Shown: positions 1-9,294 of the stretch, in pieces
Layout: every line of letters begins with the position of its first letter
Numbering within the stretch: the first letter of the stretch is position 1
NCBI GenBank assembly: GCA_023819145.1
Contig: JAMWCW010000008.1
Coordinates: 5,584 to 69,583 of the forward strand
Length of the DNA: 64,000 nt
Direction: 5' to 3'
Source: Candidatus Omnitrophota bacterium
GTDB taxonomy: Bacteria; Omnitrophota; Gorgyraeia; DTHP01
The notes under the pieces: model-generated
What the model was told of the DNA's origin: nothing
Database searches by the model: none
What the model saw: the letters and a program-made list of their open reading frames with translations, nothing else
Program-made: the position numbers and the translations under genes

Positions 1-169
1 TTCTTTACTCTGGTGGAGTCAATTATTCTCAAGAGATGGGTTAGTTATTTTTCACGAACATATCCTGACCCAGAATGTTACTTCCCAGTTTGTAGGAAAT
101 AATTTTTTATCTCGCCTCACATTTTATCTTAAAGGAATTTGCTTAAACATCTCTCCTCTTTTTACAGTT

Positions 170-403
170 ATGTTTTTGCTAGGTCTATTTTTTTGTTTTA
201 GAGCAATAAAAAAAGAGAATTTTAAATTTATTGTTTTTTGGTTTCTTATAACATATTTTATTTTTTCTTTAATCATAACCAAACACCGGAGGTATTTATT
301 TCCTCTATTGGGATCAATCGTATTAATTTCAGTATTTGGATTATTAGATTCTCCTCTTAAAAAGATTGTAAAAAAATTCTTATTTTATCTTTTCTCTTTT
401 TAG
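170..403 (+). CDS. hypothetical small hydrophobic protein; possibly a fragment of a membrane protein gene
   Basis: ORF track only; hydrophobic low-complexity sequence with no recognisable motif. Confidence 0.2.
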   Translation: MFLLGLFFCFRAIKKENFKFIVFWFLITYFIFSLIITKHRRYLFPLLGSIVLISVFGLLDSPLKKIVKKFLFYLFSF

Positions 404-501
404 GAATCTTACAATTTTTTTTAATCAGTTATTATAAGTATCTTCCTTTTGTTGATACTGAATGGGCTCATCCACCAGAAAGGAATAATTACTACATAGT
501 A

Positions 502-906
502 ATGCAAAAATTTAATAATAAAATAATTCAATTCTCTAAATCTGAAAATAAAATAGGGATTATAGAAGAAGAATTTTTTAAAGGTGATGATTGCGTAATG
601 CTGAGTAATTATCTTAAGGCATTTAATATTGAAAATAAGATTTTTCTAAGTTGTGACGGCTGCTATCCTCATAAGGTCAATAAACATTTCTTATTTAATA
701 TAGAGGAATTTGATTTCTTAATTGGGTTTTCTTCGAAATTATTAGAAAGGCCTGATTTTGCAGGTTTATTTATGTTATCCAGAGATATTCCCAAAGGAAT
801 TGCAGTCGAGAAAATAGAATATTTGAGAAATTTTATAGTTATTCAAAAAGGCATATTATTTCCTGAAAATATTACAAATCTTCTTCTTAAAAACCCTAAT
901 ATGTAA
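502..906 (+). CDS. hypothetical protein
   Basis: 134-aa ORF directly upstream of a GT2 gene on the same strand; no recognisable motif. Confidence 0.3.
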   Translation: MQKFNNKIIQFSKSENKIGIIEEEFFKGDDCVMLSNYLKAFNIENKIFLSCDGCYPHKVNKHFLFNIEEFDFLIGFSSKLLERPDFAGLFMLSRDIPKGIAVEKIEYLRNFIVIQKGILFPENITNLLLKNPNM

Positions 907-920
907 ATAAGAGTTGAGGA

Positions 921-1649
921 ATGGAAAGAAATTTTACCTTAATTTTGCCGGTGAGAGATGAAGAAGAAAATATAAAAATCTTAATTGAGAAATTAAAAAA
1001 AACCCTTAAAGATACAATTGTAATTTTTGTTGATGATAGTTCTACAGATGAAACAGAAAAAATAGTAAAATTATTTATGGCGAAAGACAATGATATCATC
1101 TTGATTGAAAATAAAGGAAGCCGATTAGCTTCGGCAATTAGAACAGGGATAGAAAATGCTTCTACCGAAATTGTGGGCTGGATGGATGCAGATTTATCTA
1201 TGCCCGTAGAGATTATTCCACAGATGGTTGATTTTTTGTCTGAGTATGATATAGTTTTAGGTTCGCGTTATATTGAAGGAGGAAAAGATTTAAGAGAAAG
1301 TAGAATGCGTATTCTTACATCAAGACTATTTAATTTATTGAGTAAAAAAATATTAAATACAAAAACTAACGATCTCACATCGGGCTTTGTTATTACAAAA
1401 AAAGAGTTCTTAGAGGAATTAAAAATAGAAGGTAAATATGGTGAATATTGTCTAAGCCTCATTTATCAGGCAGAGAGGAAAGGATTTAAAATAAAAGAAG
1501 CTCCTTATATATTTCGGGAAAGAAAGAAGGGGAAAAGCAAAATTGGTTCCAATTTATTCATTTTATTTAAGAACTCTCTCTTCTATTTTCTGATGGTAAT
1601 AAGGCTTAAATTTAGAGATTTATTCTTTTATAGAGATAATAAATTTTAG
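921..1649 (+). CDS. GT2 family glycosyltransferase, polyprenol-phosphate sugar synthase (Dpm1/ArnC-like)
   Basis: N-terminal LILPVRDEEENI, central DxD-like VDDSS, and a GT2-A fold pattern (IVGWMDADL, VLGSRY, SGF..T) typical of dolichol-phosphate mannosyltransferase-like enzymes. Confidence 0.75.
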   Translation: MERNFTLILPVRDEEENIKILIEKLKKTLKDTIVIFVDDSSTDETEKIVKLFMAKDNDIILIENKGSRLASAIRTGIENASTEIVGWMDADLSMPVEIIPQMVDFLSEYDIVLGSRYIEGGKDLRESRMRILTSRLFNLLSKKILNTKTNDLTSGFVITKKEFLEELKIEGKYGEYCLSLIYQAERKGFKIKEAPYIFRERKKGKSKIGSNLFILFKNSLFYFLMVIRLKFRDLFFYRDNKF

Positions 1650-3417
1650 GATAAGGGTTTTTAAAAATAGATTTTGGTAGTTCAATTTTTTTTAATAGTT
1701 GATAATTGTATTGATTATTTTGTATCTCAAGAAAGAGTTCAAAAAATAACTTTTCTGCTTCAGAATACGAAATTTTAATATTGTAGTTCTTCTCTATAAC
1801 TTCATGTAAAAAAGTGTATAATTTATGTCTAAACAGAGGATTTCTTAATTCTCTTAAAGAATAAAAAGCATCGCTGTATTTTTCAATTGGCTCAGTAATT
1901 AAAATATAATCAAAATTATATGGCTGAAAAATTATTTTTGGACTTCCGTGACAATCTTTCTCTAAATTAAATAGGAATAATAATACTCGGGGGGTAAGCA
2001 TTTTGTCTTTAATTTTATGGGATATTTTTTCAAGTGTTGTTTCAAAAACATAAGGAATTCTCCATCGTTGTATAATTTTAAATCGCAATATATCTTCGAA
2101 TAAATCATCTGTAGCTAATCCGATAATGAATATCATTTTTTCATTATTTAGTTTCATGTCTTTTATAACTAAGTCTATAATATTATCTATATCCTCGTAA
2201 TCAAAACTAACGGCGTAAAGCATTCCCTCTCTGTGTGTTCTTTTATCAAAATCAATACTTGTAAAGATATATTTATCCTTTTTATAATTGATAATAAAAA
2301 ATTGAACCAGACAAAATAAAAAAAGACATAGAAATATTTTATGTTTATATAAGTTTAAGATTTTTCCCTTATAAATTTTTATGTATTGAGGAAGATTATT
2401 TAAAACATAAGCAATAACTATTCCTGAGGCAGGTAGTGACGGAAGAGTGTGTCTAGGAAAATCTTCGTAAGTGAAAAAAAGAAAATAAAAAAGAGGCGTG
2501 CATAACCAACTTAGAATAAATATCTTGTGTTTAGATTTTGTAATAGAATATAAAAAAAGACAGAAAAATAAAAGAATAGTTAATAGAGGATAAAGCTGAT
2601 ATTTCCAGAGGTTTAGACAAGAGAATTTGTATATATTATTTAACCTATTGATCGTAAATGATGTGTTTGCCGCATTCAACAGATAGAGTTGGCCAGGCAT
2701 ATGTTGGAGATACCACGGTAAAACAATAAGTAAGGGTAAGACAAAAAACAAAATACTAATTATTTTTATCTTCCCAAATTTATAAATAGCGTGAGAAGAA
2801 TATATTAAGAATGGGATAAAAAAATAAATAAGAAACGTTTGTTTATGAAGTAATCCAATTATAATGGTTAGGCTCGAAAAAAAAGAGTATATTTTTTTCT
2901 GAAAATATTCGGATTCAAGCAAAAAATAAAAAAATAAAGCTACTAAAGCTGTAATAGAAAAATCTAACATATACACACGGGAAAATCCAAAGATTCCCGG
3001 GTAAAAACTCACCAATAGAGCAGTGCCCATTCCGGTATATTCATTATCTAAGATTCCTCCAATTTTATATAACGCATAGATTAAGATAAAAAGATATAAG
3101 AGATTTGATAGAAGAGCTGTTTTAAGAGAAGGTCCTAAAAGGATAAAAAATGGTAAAGTAGCCATATGCCTCAAAAAAGGGTAAATCGAGTTAGTATCAA
3201 AAATTAAACATATTCTTTCTTTAAAAGACAATGACGGATTTCTTATAGCTTCGTATACTCTAAGCGAAGAAGAGTAGTATCCTAATTGATCCTCTACGAA
3301 AGGGGCATTGTCTTGAGAGATAATTATAAAATTGTTTATTGTATGGAAAATAAAAATGAGAATTAAGAAAAATTTAGTTCTATTTTTTTGCCAGAAAGAT
3401 AATATGGAAGTCATCAT
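1612..3417 (-). CDS. polytopic membrane glycosyltransferase, GT-C fold (PMT_2/ArnT-like) with C-terminal soluble domain
   Basis: About 12 predicted TM helices in the N-terminal 400 aa. First-loop acidic motif FVEDQLGYY resembles the catalytic DE/DD loop of ArnT/PMT/STT3. Confidence 0.5.
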   Translation of the reverse strand: MMTSILSFWQKNRTKFFLILIFIFHTINNFIIISQDNAPFVEDQLGYYSSSLRVYEAIRNPSLSFKERICLIFDTNSIYPFLRHMATLPFFILLGPSLKTALLSNLLYLFILIYALYKIGGILDNEYTGMGTALLVSFYPGIFGFSRVYMLDFSITALVALFFYFLLESEYFQKKIYSFFSSLTIIIGLLHKQTFLIYFFIPFLIYSSHAIYKFGKIKIISILFFVLPLLIVLPWYLQHMPGQLYLLNAANTSFTINRLNNIYKFSCLNLWKYQLYPLLTILLFFCLFLYSITKSKHKIFILSWLCTPLFYFLFFTYEDFPRHTLPSLPASGIVIAYVLNNLPQYIKIYKGKILNLYKHKIFLCLFLFCLVQFFIINYKKDKYIFTSIDFDKRTHREGMLYAVSFDYEDIDNIIDLVIKDMKLNNEKMIFIIGLATDDLFEDILRFKIIQRWRIPYVFETTLEKISHKIKDKMLTPRVLLFLFNLEKDCHGSPKIIFQPYNFDYILITEPIEKYSDAFYSLRELRNPLFRHKLYTFLHEVIEKNYNIKISYSEAEKLFFELFLEIQNNQYNYQLLKKIELPKSIFKNPYPKIYYLYKRINL

Positions 3418-4180
3418 TTTTTATTCTTATAAATTCAAATGAGGGATAGATATTTATTAGTTTTAAATCTGCTAAGTTGAGATACCTTTCTAATTCATAA
3501 GGAGAGTAAATTCTTAAAATATGTGTCTCTTTGTAGTTTTTAAGAAGTCCATCATTTTTGAATAATTTTAAATTATAATCAATTCTGCAAACTTGTTTTA
3601 ATTCATCAATTTTTATTTTTCCCTCGCGGATCAGTTTACTATTATTAAATTTTATTTCCTTAAAACTTTTTGGAGAAAAAGAATCGGTTGATTTCAAAGC
3701 ATTCCAGACTTCAAAAACAAAAAGACCATTTCTTTTTAGACTTGCATAGACATTTTTAAATAATTGCCTTAGCGATTTTATCTCGGTAATATAATTTATC
3801 ACTGCAAACAAAGAAATTACCACATCAATTTTTTTTCTCGGTCTGTAGTTTGTAATATCTTTTACTAAAAATTTTCCTCTTAAACCTGCTTTGTTTAATT
3901 TTTCTTTGGCAATTTTAACCATATCTTTGGAAATATCTATCCCTGTAACCCGATATCCTCTTTTGATCAATTCTAGGCTATGGTTTCCTGTCCCGCAACC
4001 TAAATCTAAGATATCTTTAGGTTTTTTATTGAGAAATTTTTTAAACAATTTTTCTAAAAAACCAGTCTCTTTTCTATATTCTTTATCTTTATAGATTAAA
4101 TCGTAAAAATAGGCATAGTCAGAATTAAAGCATTTACTTTGCATATTACCTATAATATAGTAAAATATCTTTAACTTCAA
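3380..4180 (-). CDS. class I SAM-dependent methyltransferase
   Basis: Motif I LDLGCGTGNHSLEL and post-I acidic VTGIDIS. The start probably lies downstream of the 38-nt overlap with the preceding gene. Confidence 0.75.
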   Translation of the reverse strand: MKLKIFYYIIGNMQSKCFNSDYAYFYDLIYKDKEYRKETGFLEKLFKKFLNKKPKDILDLGCGTGNHSLELIKRGYRVTGIDISKDMVKIAKEKLNKAGLRGKFLVKDITNYRPRKKIDVVISLFAVINYITEIKSLRQLFKNVYASLKRNGLFVFEVWNALKSTDSFSPKSFKEIKFNNSKLIREGKIKIDELKQVCRIDYNLKLFKNDGLLKNYKETHILRIYSPYELERYLNLADLKLINIYPSFEFIRIKNDDFHIIFLAKK

Positions 4181-5283
4181 TGAAGAAAATAGTTTTTATA
4201 ACCCGTGAAAGTTATGATTTAGCGGGAGCAAGGATTCGATGCTATAATTTCGCAAAAGAATTAAAAAAATATGGCATGGATACCGAAGTTTTATCTTTCG
4301 CTGACCACTTAGGAGCTAAATCAGGGAAAGAAGAAAATAAGTTAAGATTAAGAGATAAAATAAGATATAACCTAAAAGCCATTAAAAAACTCAAAAAAGA
4401 GAAAGATACTATATTTTTTATTAACCGCTTCCATTACCATACTTTCGCCTCCTGGTTTTTATCAATTTTAAATAGAAATAAAATAATTTTTGATTTAGAT
4501 GATTGGGAGATAAGAGAAAATCCGAAATATTACTTTGGCATTTTACCAAGTTCCAAGGCAGAGTTTTTAACTCGCAGATTGGCAAAAACTGCTTCTCTTT
4601 GTATTGGGGCAAGCAGATTTTTAGTAAATTATCTAATTCAATTTAATAAAAAAACATATTACATTCCTTCAGGAGTAAATACGGAAAAATTTAAGCCTCA
4701 AGAAGTTAACAGAGACAATTCTAAGATTATTTTTTCCTGGATAGGAACAATGCACAGGAAACCTGATATAGAAAATATAAAATTTGTTATTGATTGTTTC
4801 TTAGAATTGAGAAAGAAATATGAAAATATTTTTTTGGAAATTGCAGGAGATGGAATTTATTTTGGTGAGTTAGAAAAAATGATTAATAAAGTTGGAGAGA
4901 AAAATATTTCTCTAAAAGGTTGGATTGAACCAGACAAAATGCCTGATTATCTTTCTATAATTGATATCGGTTTAGTTCCTCTAATTCAGAATACAAAATT
5001 CAATTTAGCCAAAAGCCCAACTAAACTTTTTGAATATATGGCGATGGCAAAACCAGTGGTTTGTAGTAATATTGGTGAGTGTAGCTGTATTATTAAAGAT
5101 GGAGAAAATGGCTTCTTAGCCACTGATAAAGAAGAATTTATTAAAAAATTAGAAACCTTAGTGATAAACTATCAGATTAGAAAAGAGATAGGTGAGCAGG
5201 CCTTAAAGACTGTAAAGGAGAATTATTCTTTAGAAATTATCGGCAAAAAACTTTTCAATTTGGCAAAACAGGACAGTCCTTGA
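4180..5283 (+). CDS. glycosyltransferase, GT-B fold (GT4/GT1 family)
   Basis: C-terminal E-x7-E-type motif FEYMAMAKPVVCSNIGECSCIIKDGENGFL, typical of retaining GT4 enzymes. Confidence 0.75.
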   Translation: MKKIVFITRESYDLAGARIRCYNFAKELKKYGMDTEVLSFADHLGAKSGKEENKLRLRDKIRYNLKAIKKLKKEKDTIFFINRFHYHTFASWFLSILNRNKIIFDLDDWEIRENPKYYFGILPSSKAEFLTRRLAKTASLCIGASRFLVNYLIQFNKKTYYIPSGVNTEKFKPQEVNRDNSKIIFSWIGTMHRKPDIENIKFVIDCFLELRKKYENIFLEIAGDGIYFGELEKMINKVGEKNISLKGWIEPDKMPDYLSIIDIGLVPLIQNTKFNLAKSPTKLFEYMAMAKPVVCSNIGECSCIIKDGENGFLATDKEEFIKKLETLVINYQIRKEIGEQALKTVKENYSLEIIGKKLFNLAKQDSP

Positions 5284-5293
5284 TTGTAAAATT

Positions 5294-6763
5294 ATGAAGG
5301 TAGTTTTGGCTAATTCTATCGGTAGAGATAAAAATGGTTTTTATATAATCCATTCTCCTTCGCGCTGGTCTGAAGGAGTAAGGTCTTTAAATAATTGGTT
5401 TGCCTATTATCCCTGGGAGTTAGCTTATACCTCTTCACTTCTAAAAAGAGAAACAGACCATAAAATTAAATTGGTAGATGGTTGCTTGGAAAGACTGGAT
5501 TTAGAAAATTATTATAAGAAGTTATTACAGGAAAAGCCAGATTGGTTAATTATGGAATCCGCTACAAGGATGATTGAAGAAAATTTAGAATTGGCTGTAA
5601 AGATTAAGGAAAATTTAGGGACAAAGATTATTTTTGTTGGACAACATGCATCAGCCTTTCCTGAAGAATTGCTAAATAGAGGAGTAGATTATGTCTGTAT
5701 TGGTGAATATGAGTTGACTGTTTTAGAGTTATTACAAGGAAAAGACCCAAAAAATATCTTAGGGCTCTATCCTAATCCACGGAGACCTCTTTTAGATGTT
5801 AATTTTCTTCCATTCCCTGAGGATGAAGATGTTAGGCGTATCGATTACGGTATGCCTGGAGAGCCATCTTCAGAATATATAGAGATTCAGATGTATGCCT
5901 CAAGGGGTTGTCCGAGAAATTGTAATTTTTGTGTAGCAAGGAATATTTATTATGCTCAAGCTAACTGGCGTCCCAGAAAAATTGAGAATATAATTTCTGA
6001 AATAAAATATTTAAAAAATAGATATCATCAAATGGAGGGAATATTTTTTGATGAAGAGGTGCACAATGTAAGAAAAGATTTTGTTTTGAATTTATGCCAG
6101 GCAATAAAAGAGAATGGTTTAAATAAACTTCATTATGAGGCGATGTGCGATATCTGGTTTATGGATGAGGAGGTGCTTGAGGCAATGCGTGAAGCGGGAT
6201 ATTATAAGATTAGATTTGGCATTGAAACTGCAAATCAAGGTGTAGCGAAATCAATAAACAAAGAACTTAATTTGGAGAAATTGTTTTCTATATTGAAAAT
6301 AGCCAAAGGCATTGGTTTAAAAACCTACGGAACATTTATGTTTGGTGCCTGGGGTTCAACAAAAGAGAGCGATTTAGAGACTATAGAACTAATGAAGAGA
6401 TTAATTATTAATGGTCTTCTTGATAATACCCAGATTTCTATCTGCACACCTCAACCCGGAACAGAATTCTATAGATTGGTAAAGGAAAAAGGTTATTTGG
6501 TAGAAAATGATTATTCTAAATTTGATGGAGGGAATTTCAGTGTAGTAAGTTATCCAAAATATAAAAAGGAAGAAATTGAAGAAATAAAAAATTTAGCTTT
6601 TAAGATAAGAGACCATTTATATTTTGTCTATCGCTTTAAAACTGGCTTATGGCTTAATTGGCTAATTTATGTATGGAAAAAATACGGATTTTGGAAAACA
6701 ACCAAGAAAATCTTTATCCGTTTTTTGAAGGAACTTAATTTCTTATGGCAAAGATTTCAATAA
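5294..6763 (+). CDS. B12-binding domain radical SAM protein (class B)
   Basis: N-terminal Rossmann-like cobalamin-binding region, then CPRNCNFC (CX3CX2C) radical SAM cluster motif and a TIM-barrel-like remainder. Confidence 0.8.
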   Translation: MKVVLANSIGRDKNGFYIIHSPSRWSEGVRSLNNWFAYYPWELAYTSSLLKRETDHKIKLVDGCLERLDLENYYKKLLQEKPDWLIMESATRMIEENLELAVKIKENLGTKIIFVGQHASAFPEELLNRGVDYVCIGEYELTVLELLQGKDPKNILGLYPNPRRPLLDVNFLPFPEDEDVRRIDYGMPGEPSSEYIEIQMYASRGCPRNCNFCVARNIYYAQANWRPRKIENIISEIKYLKNRYHQMEGIFFDEEVHNVRKDFVLNLCQAIKENGLNKLHYEAMCDIWFMDEEVLEAMREAGYYKIRFGIETANQGVAKSINKELNLEKLFSILKIAKGIGLKTYGTFMFGAWGSTKESDLETIELMKRLIINGLLDNTQISICTPQPGTEFYRLVKEKGYLVENDYSKFDGGNFSVVSYPKYKKEEIEEIKNLAFKIRDHLYFVYRFKTGLWLNWLIYVWKKYGFWKTTKKIFIRFLKELNFLWQRFQ

Positions 6764-7683
6764 TCATTGTAACCTGTAACGCAATAAAAATAATTAAAGA
6801 TTGCTTTATTTCAATTTTTAGACAGGATTTTAAGGATTTTGAGGTGATTGTAGTGGACAATAACTCTTTAGATAGGACAAAAGAATTTATAAAAGATAAT
6901 TTTCCTCAAGTAAAATTGATTGAAAATAAAAAAAATTTAGGATTTTGTCGGGCAAATAATCAGGGAATTGCGATTTCTCAAGGAGAATATATCCTTACTT
7001 TAAATAGTGATGTAATTCTGGAAAAAAATTTCTTACGAGAATTGATAAATCAGGCAGAGAATAGTTCATCAATTGTTGGGATGTTTAGTCCAAAGATTCT
7101 TAAGATGGATAAAAAAACTATTGATTCTACAGGAATTATTTTGACGCGCATAAGGAGATTTTATAATCGAGGGGAGGGCGAAATTGATTTTGGTCAATAT
7201 GATGATAAAAGAGATATTTTTGGCCCGTCTGCAGCCTGTGCTTTATATAAAAAAGAAATGTTTGAGAAAATAAAAATTGGTGATAATGAATATTTTGATA
7301 ACGATTTCTTTTTCTTAGTTGAGGATGTAGATTTGGCATGGCGAGCAAATTTAATGGGTTTTAAAGGATTATTCATACCAAATGCTTTATGCTATCATTT
7401 AGGAAATAGTTTTGGTTTAAGTAGAAAAATGCGTCAATATCTTTCTTTTCGTAATCGCTTTCTAACGATGCTAAAGAATGAAAGTTGGGGTTATTTTTTA
7501 AAAAATTTAGTATTTTTATTATTATATGATATCCCAAGGTTTTTATATCTAATATTCACTAATTTACTTGTCTTTAAAGCAACCTTTGAGATAATTTATC
7601 TTCTGCATAAAATACTTAATAAACGCAGGCGCATAACTTTATTTACTCGATTAGGGATAATAAGTTTATATGAGATATTTTAA
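6745..7683 (+). CDS. GT2 family glycosyltransferase
   Basis: IIIVTCNA...VIVVDNNS..D N-terminal GT-A signature and DxD-like region. Confidence 0.7.
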   Translation: MAKISIIIVTCNAIKIIKDCFISIFRQDFKDFEVIVVDNNSLDRTKEFIKDNFPQVKLIENKKNLGFCRANNQGIAISQGEYILTLNSDVILEKNFLRELINQAENSSSIVGMFSPKILKMDKKTIDSTGIILTRIRRFYNRGEGEIDFGQYDDKRDIFGPSAACALYKKEMFEKIKIGDNEYFDNDFFFLVEDVDLAWRANLMGFKGLFIPNALCYHLGNSFGLSRKMRQYLSFRNRFLTMLKNESWGYFLKNLVFLLLYDIPRFLYLIFTNLLVFKATFEIIYLLHKILNKRRRITLFTRLGIISLYEIF

Positions 7684-8872
7684 ATCTTCAGAATTGTATT
7701 TAATTCGAAATGTTTTTCAGGCCGTAATTAATGGTGGGCATAAAAACGAAATAAAGCGTATTTTAGAAAATAAGCATATAAATTGGGAAATATTGGATAA
7801 ATTAATTATATATCATGAGATAGCCCCTGCGTTTTACTTGGCTATATCCTCGCTGTTTCATTTAATTCCTCAAAAGACAAAAACTCTGCTTGAGTGGTTT
7901 TATTTTAATACAGGGTTTAAGAACCATATAATATTTGAAGAATTTATAAAATTATACGATAAATTTAAAGAAAAGGGAATAGAAATATTACCCATTAAAG
8001 GAGTTGCCTTTTTATTGGATTTATATGATAGTTTTTATGTTAGGTCTATTGCTGATATAGATATTTTAATACGTAGAGAATATTATAGTAAAGGAGAGAG
8101 TGTTTTAATGAACTTGGGTTTTCAAAAAGACTTGCATGGTTTAGAGGAAGCTTATTGGAAGTTATATCAATGTCACATTTCATTTAGAGATAAAGAAAAA
8201 AACAATGATTTACCCATTATGGTAGATCTTCATTGGGCGCTTGATTTTAAAAGGAAAGGTAGATATGTTTTGGCCAATCTGTGGAAAAGGCTAAGAACAA
8301 TTAGGATCAAAAATAATAACAATATAAATTTATTATCTCCTGAGGATAATTTATTTTCTCTGGCTTTACATTTGAGAAGATTTGGTAATCCCTTTTCTTT
8401 TAAATATGTTATTGATACGGCCCTTTTATTTAGGAAATACGGTTCGGATTTTGATTGGGATTATTTTTTAAAAGAAGCTAAAAAAGAAGGTTTATGGTCG
8501 TGTAGTTATTTTCTAATTTTCTTAGCCAATTCTATTATTGAAATTCCTGAGCTTAAATATTCTGCAAAAAAAATTCCATTATCTAATTATAAGAGGAAAA
8601 TTATCGAAAAACTAATACTCAAAAAATTATGCTTTCTTAATGACTTGCTCGCACAAAATCTGAGAAAAAATTACCTTCAGAGCCATTTTTTATTTTATGA
8701 TGGTTTCTTTGAACCAATTTATTATATTTTAAACATTCCCTTAGAACAATTTGCAAAATTTTATAATTTAAAACCTTATAATCAAAAAACAAGAATCAAA
8801 TATAGCTTTCGTTTTCTATATATACCTACTAAATTATTATTTTTTAATTTTAATAATATCCCATTTGCATAA
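7670..8872 (+). CDS. nucleotidyltransferase-fold protein (PF14907-like, RiPP-associated)
   Basis: PIKGVAFLLDLYDSFYVRSIADIDILIRRE resembles the G..x..D.D NTase motif. It sits convergent to and 36 nt overlapping the PqqD-like gene. Confidence 0.45.
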   Translation: MRYFKSSELYLIRNVFQAVINGGHKNEIKRILENKHINWEILDKLIIYHEIAPAFYLAISSLFHLIPQKTKTLLEWFYFNTGFKNHIIFEEFIKLYDKFKEKGIEILPIKGVAFLLDLYDSFYVRSIADIDILIRREYYSKGESVLMNLGFQKDLHGLEEAYWKLYQCHISFRDKEKNNDLPIMVDLHWALDFKRKGRYVLANLWKRLRTIRIKNNNNINLLSPEDNLFSLALHLRRFGNPFSFKYVIDTALLFRKYGSDFDWDYFLKEAKKEGLWSCSYFLIFLANSIIEIPELKYSAKKIPLSNYKRKIIEKLILKKLCFLNDLLAQNLRKNYLQSHFLFYDGFFEPIYYILNIPLEQFAKFYNLKPYNQKTRIKYSFRFLYIPTKLLFFNFNNIPFA

Positions 8873-9139
8873 TTTTTCTATAAATTTTATTATATCTCTT
8901 TTCAAATTTTGAGTATAATTTATATTGAATTTCGTGCACATTTCTACAATAATTTCTTTTATGTTTTTCTTACCATCTATCTTATCCCAAATATATGCTC
9001 CAGTGCGATTAAGTTCATATATTTCATTAGTAGGTATATATAAAAGAACTAAAGTATCTTCTATTTTTCTCCAGGCAAGTTTGTTTTTATTCTTTTTAAA
9101 TATAAATTCAGGTTTAATTACTTTTTTGTTTTTTTCCAT
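8837..9139 (-). CDS. PqqD-family protein (RiPP recognition element / peptide chaperone)
   Basis: About 100 aa with LNRTGAYIWDKIDGKKNIKEIIVEMCTKF...IKFIEKL, a PqqD-like winged-helix pattern. The ORF track starts at GTG 9148 but ATG 9139 (MEKNKK) is the more likely start. It lies 1 nt after the precursor ORF stop. Confidence 0.7.
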   Translation of the reverse strand: MEKNKKVIKPEFIFKKNKNKLAWRKIEDTLVLLYIPTNEIYELNRTGAYIWDKIDGKKNIKEIIVEMCTKFNINYTQNLKRDIIKFIEKLCKWDIIKIKK

Positions 9140-9140
9140 G

Positions 9141-9290
9141 CTACTCACACACTATTATGTCAACACATTGCGGTGGAGAATATATACATTGAGTGTTTAC
9201 AATGCCTTTGGGAAATTTATTCATTTTTTTTATTGTGGGTTTCTCATATTTTCTTTTTTCTTGATTTTTAATTATGTTTTTCTTATCCAT
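9141..9290 (-). CDS. putative RiPP precursor peptide (49 aa, 3 Cys), not in the ORF track
   Basis: Hand translation of the minus strand gives MDKKNIIKNQEKRKYEKPTIKKMNKFPKGIVNTQCIYSPPQCVDIIVCE. The ATG is 4 nt after the rSAM/SPASM stop and a GGAGG lies 8 nt upstream. The stop is 1 nt before the PqqD ATG. Confidence 0.5.
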   Translation of the reverse strand: MDKKNIIKNQEKRKYEKPTIKKMNKFPKGIVNTQCIYSPPQCVDIIVCE

Positions 9291-9294
9291 TATT

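Noticed and set aside
170-906. Whether 170..403 and 502..906 are two halves of one frameshifted gene
   Set aside because: No motif ties them to a known family, and the first lies at the window edge. I cannot support a pseudogene call.
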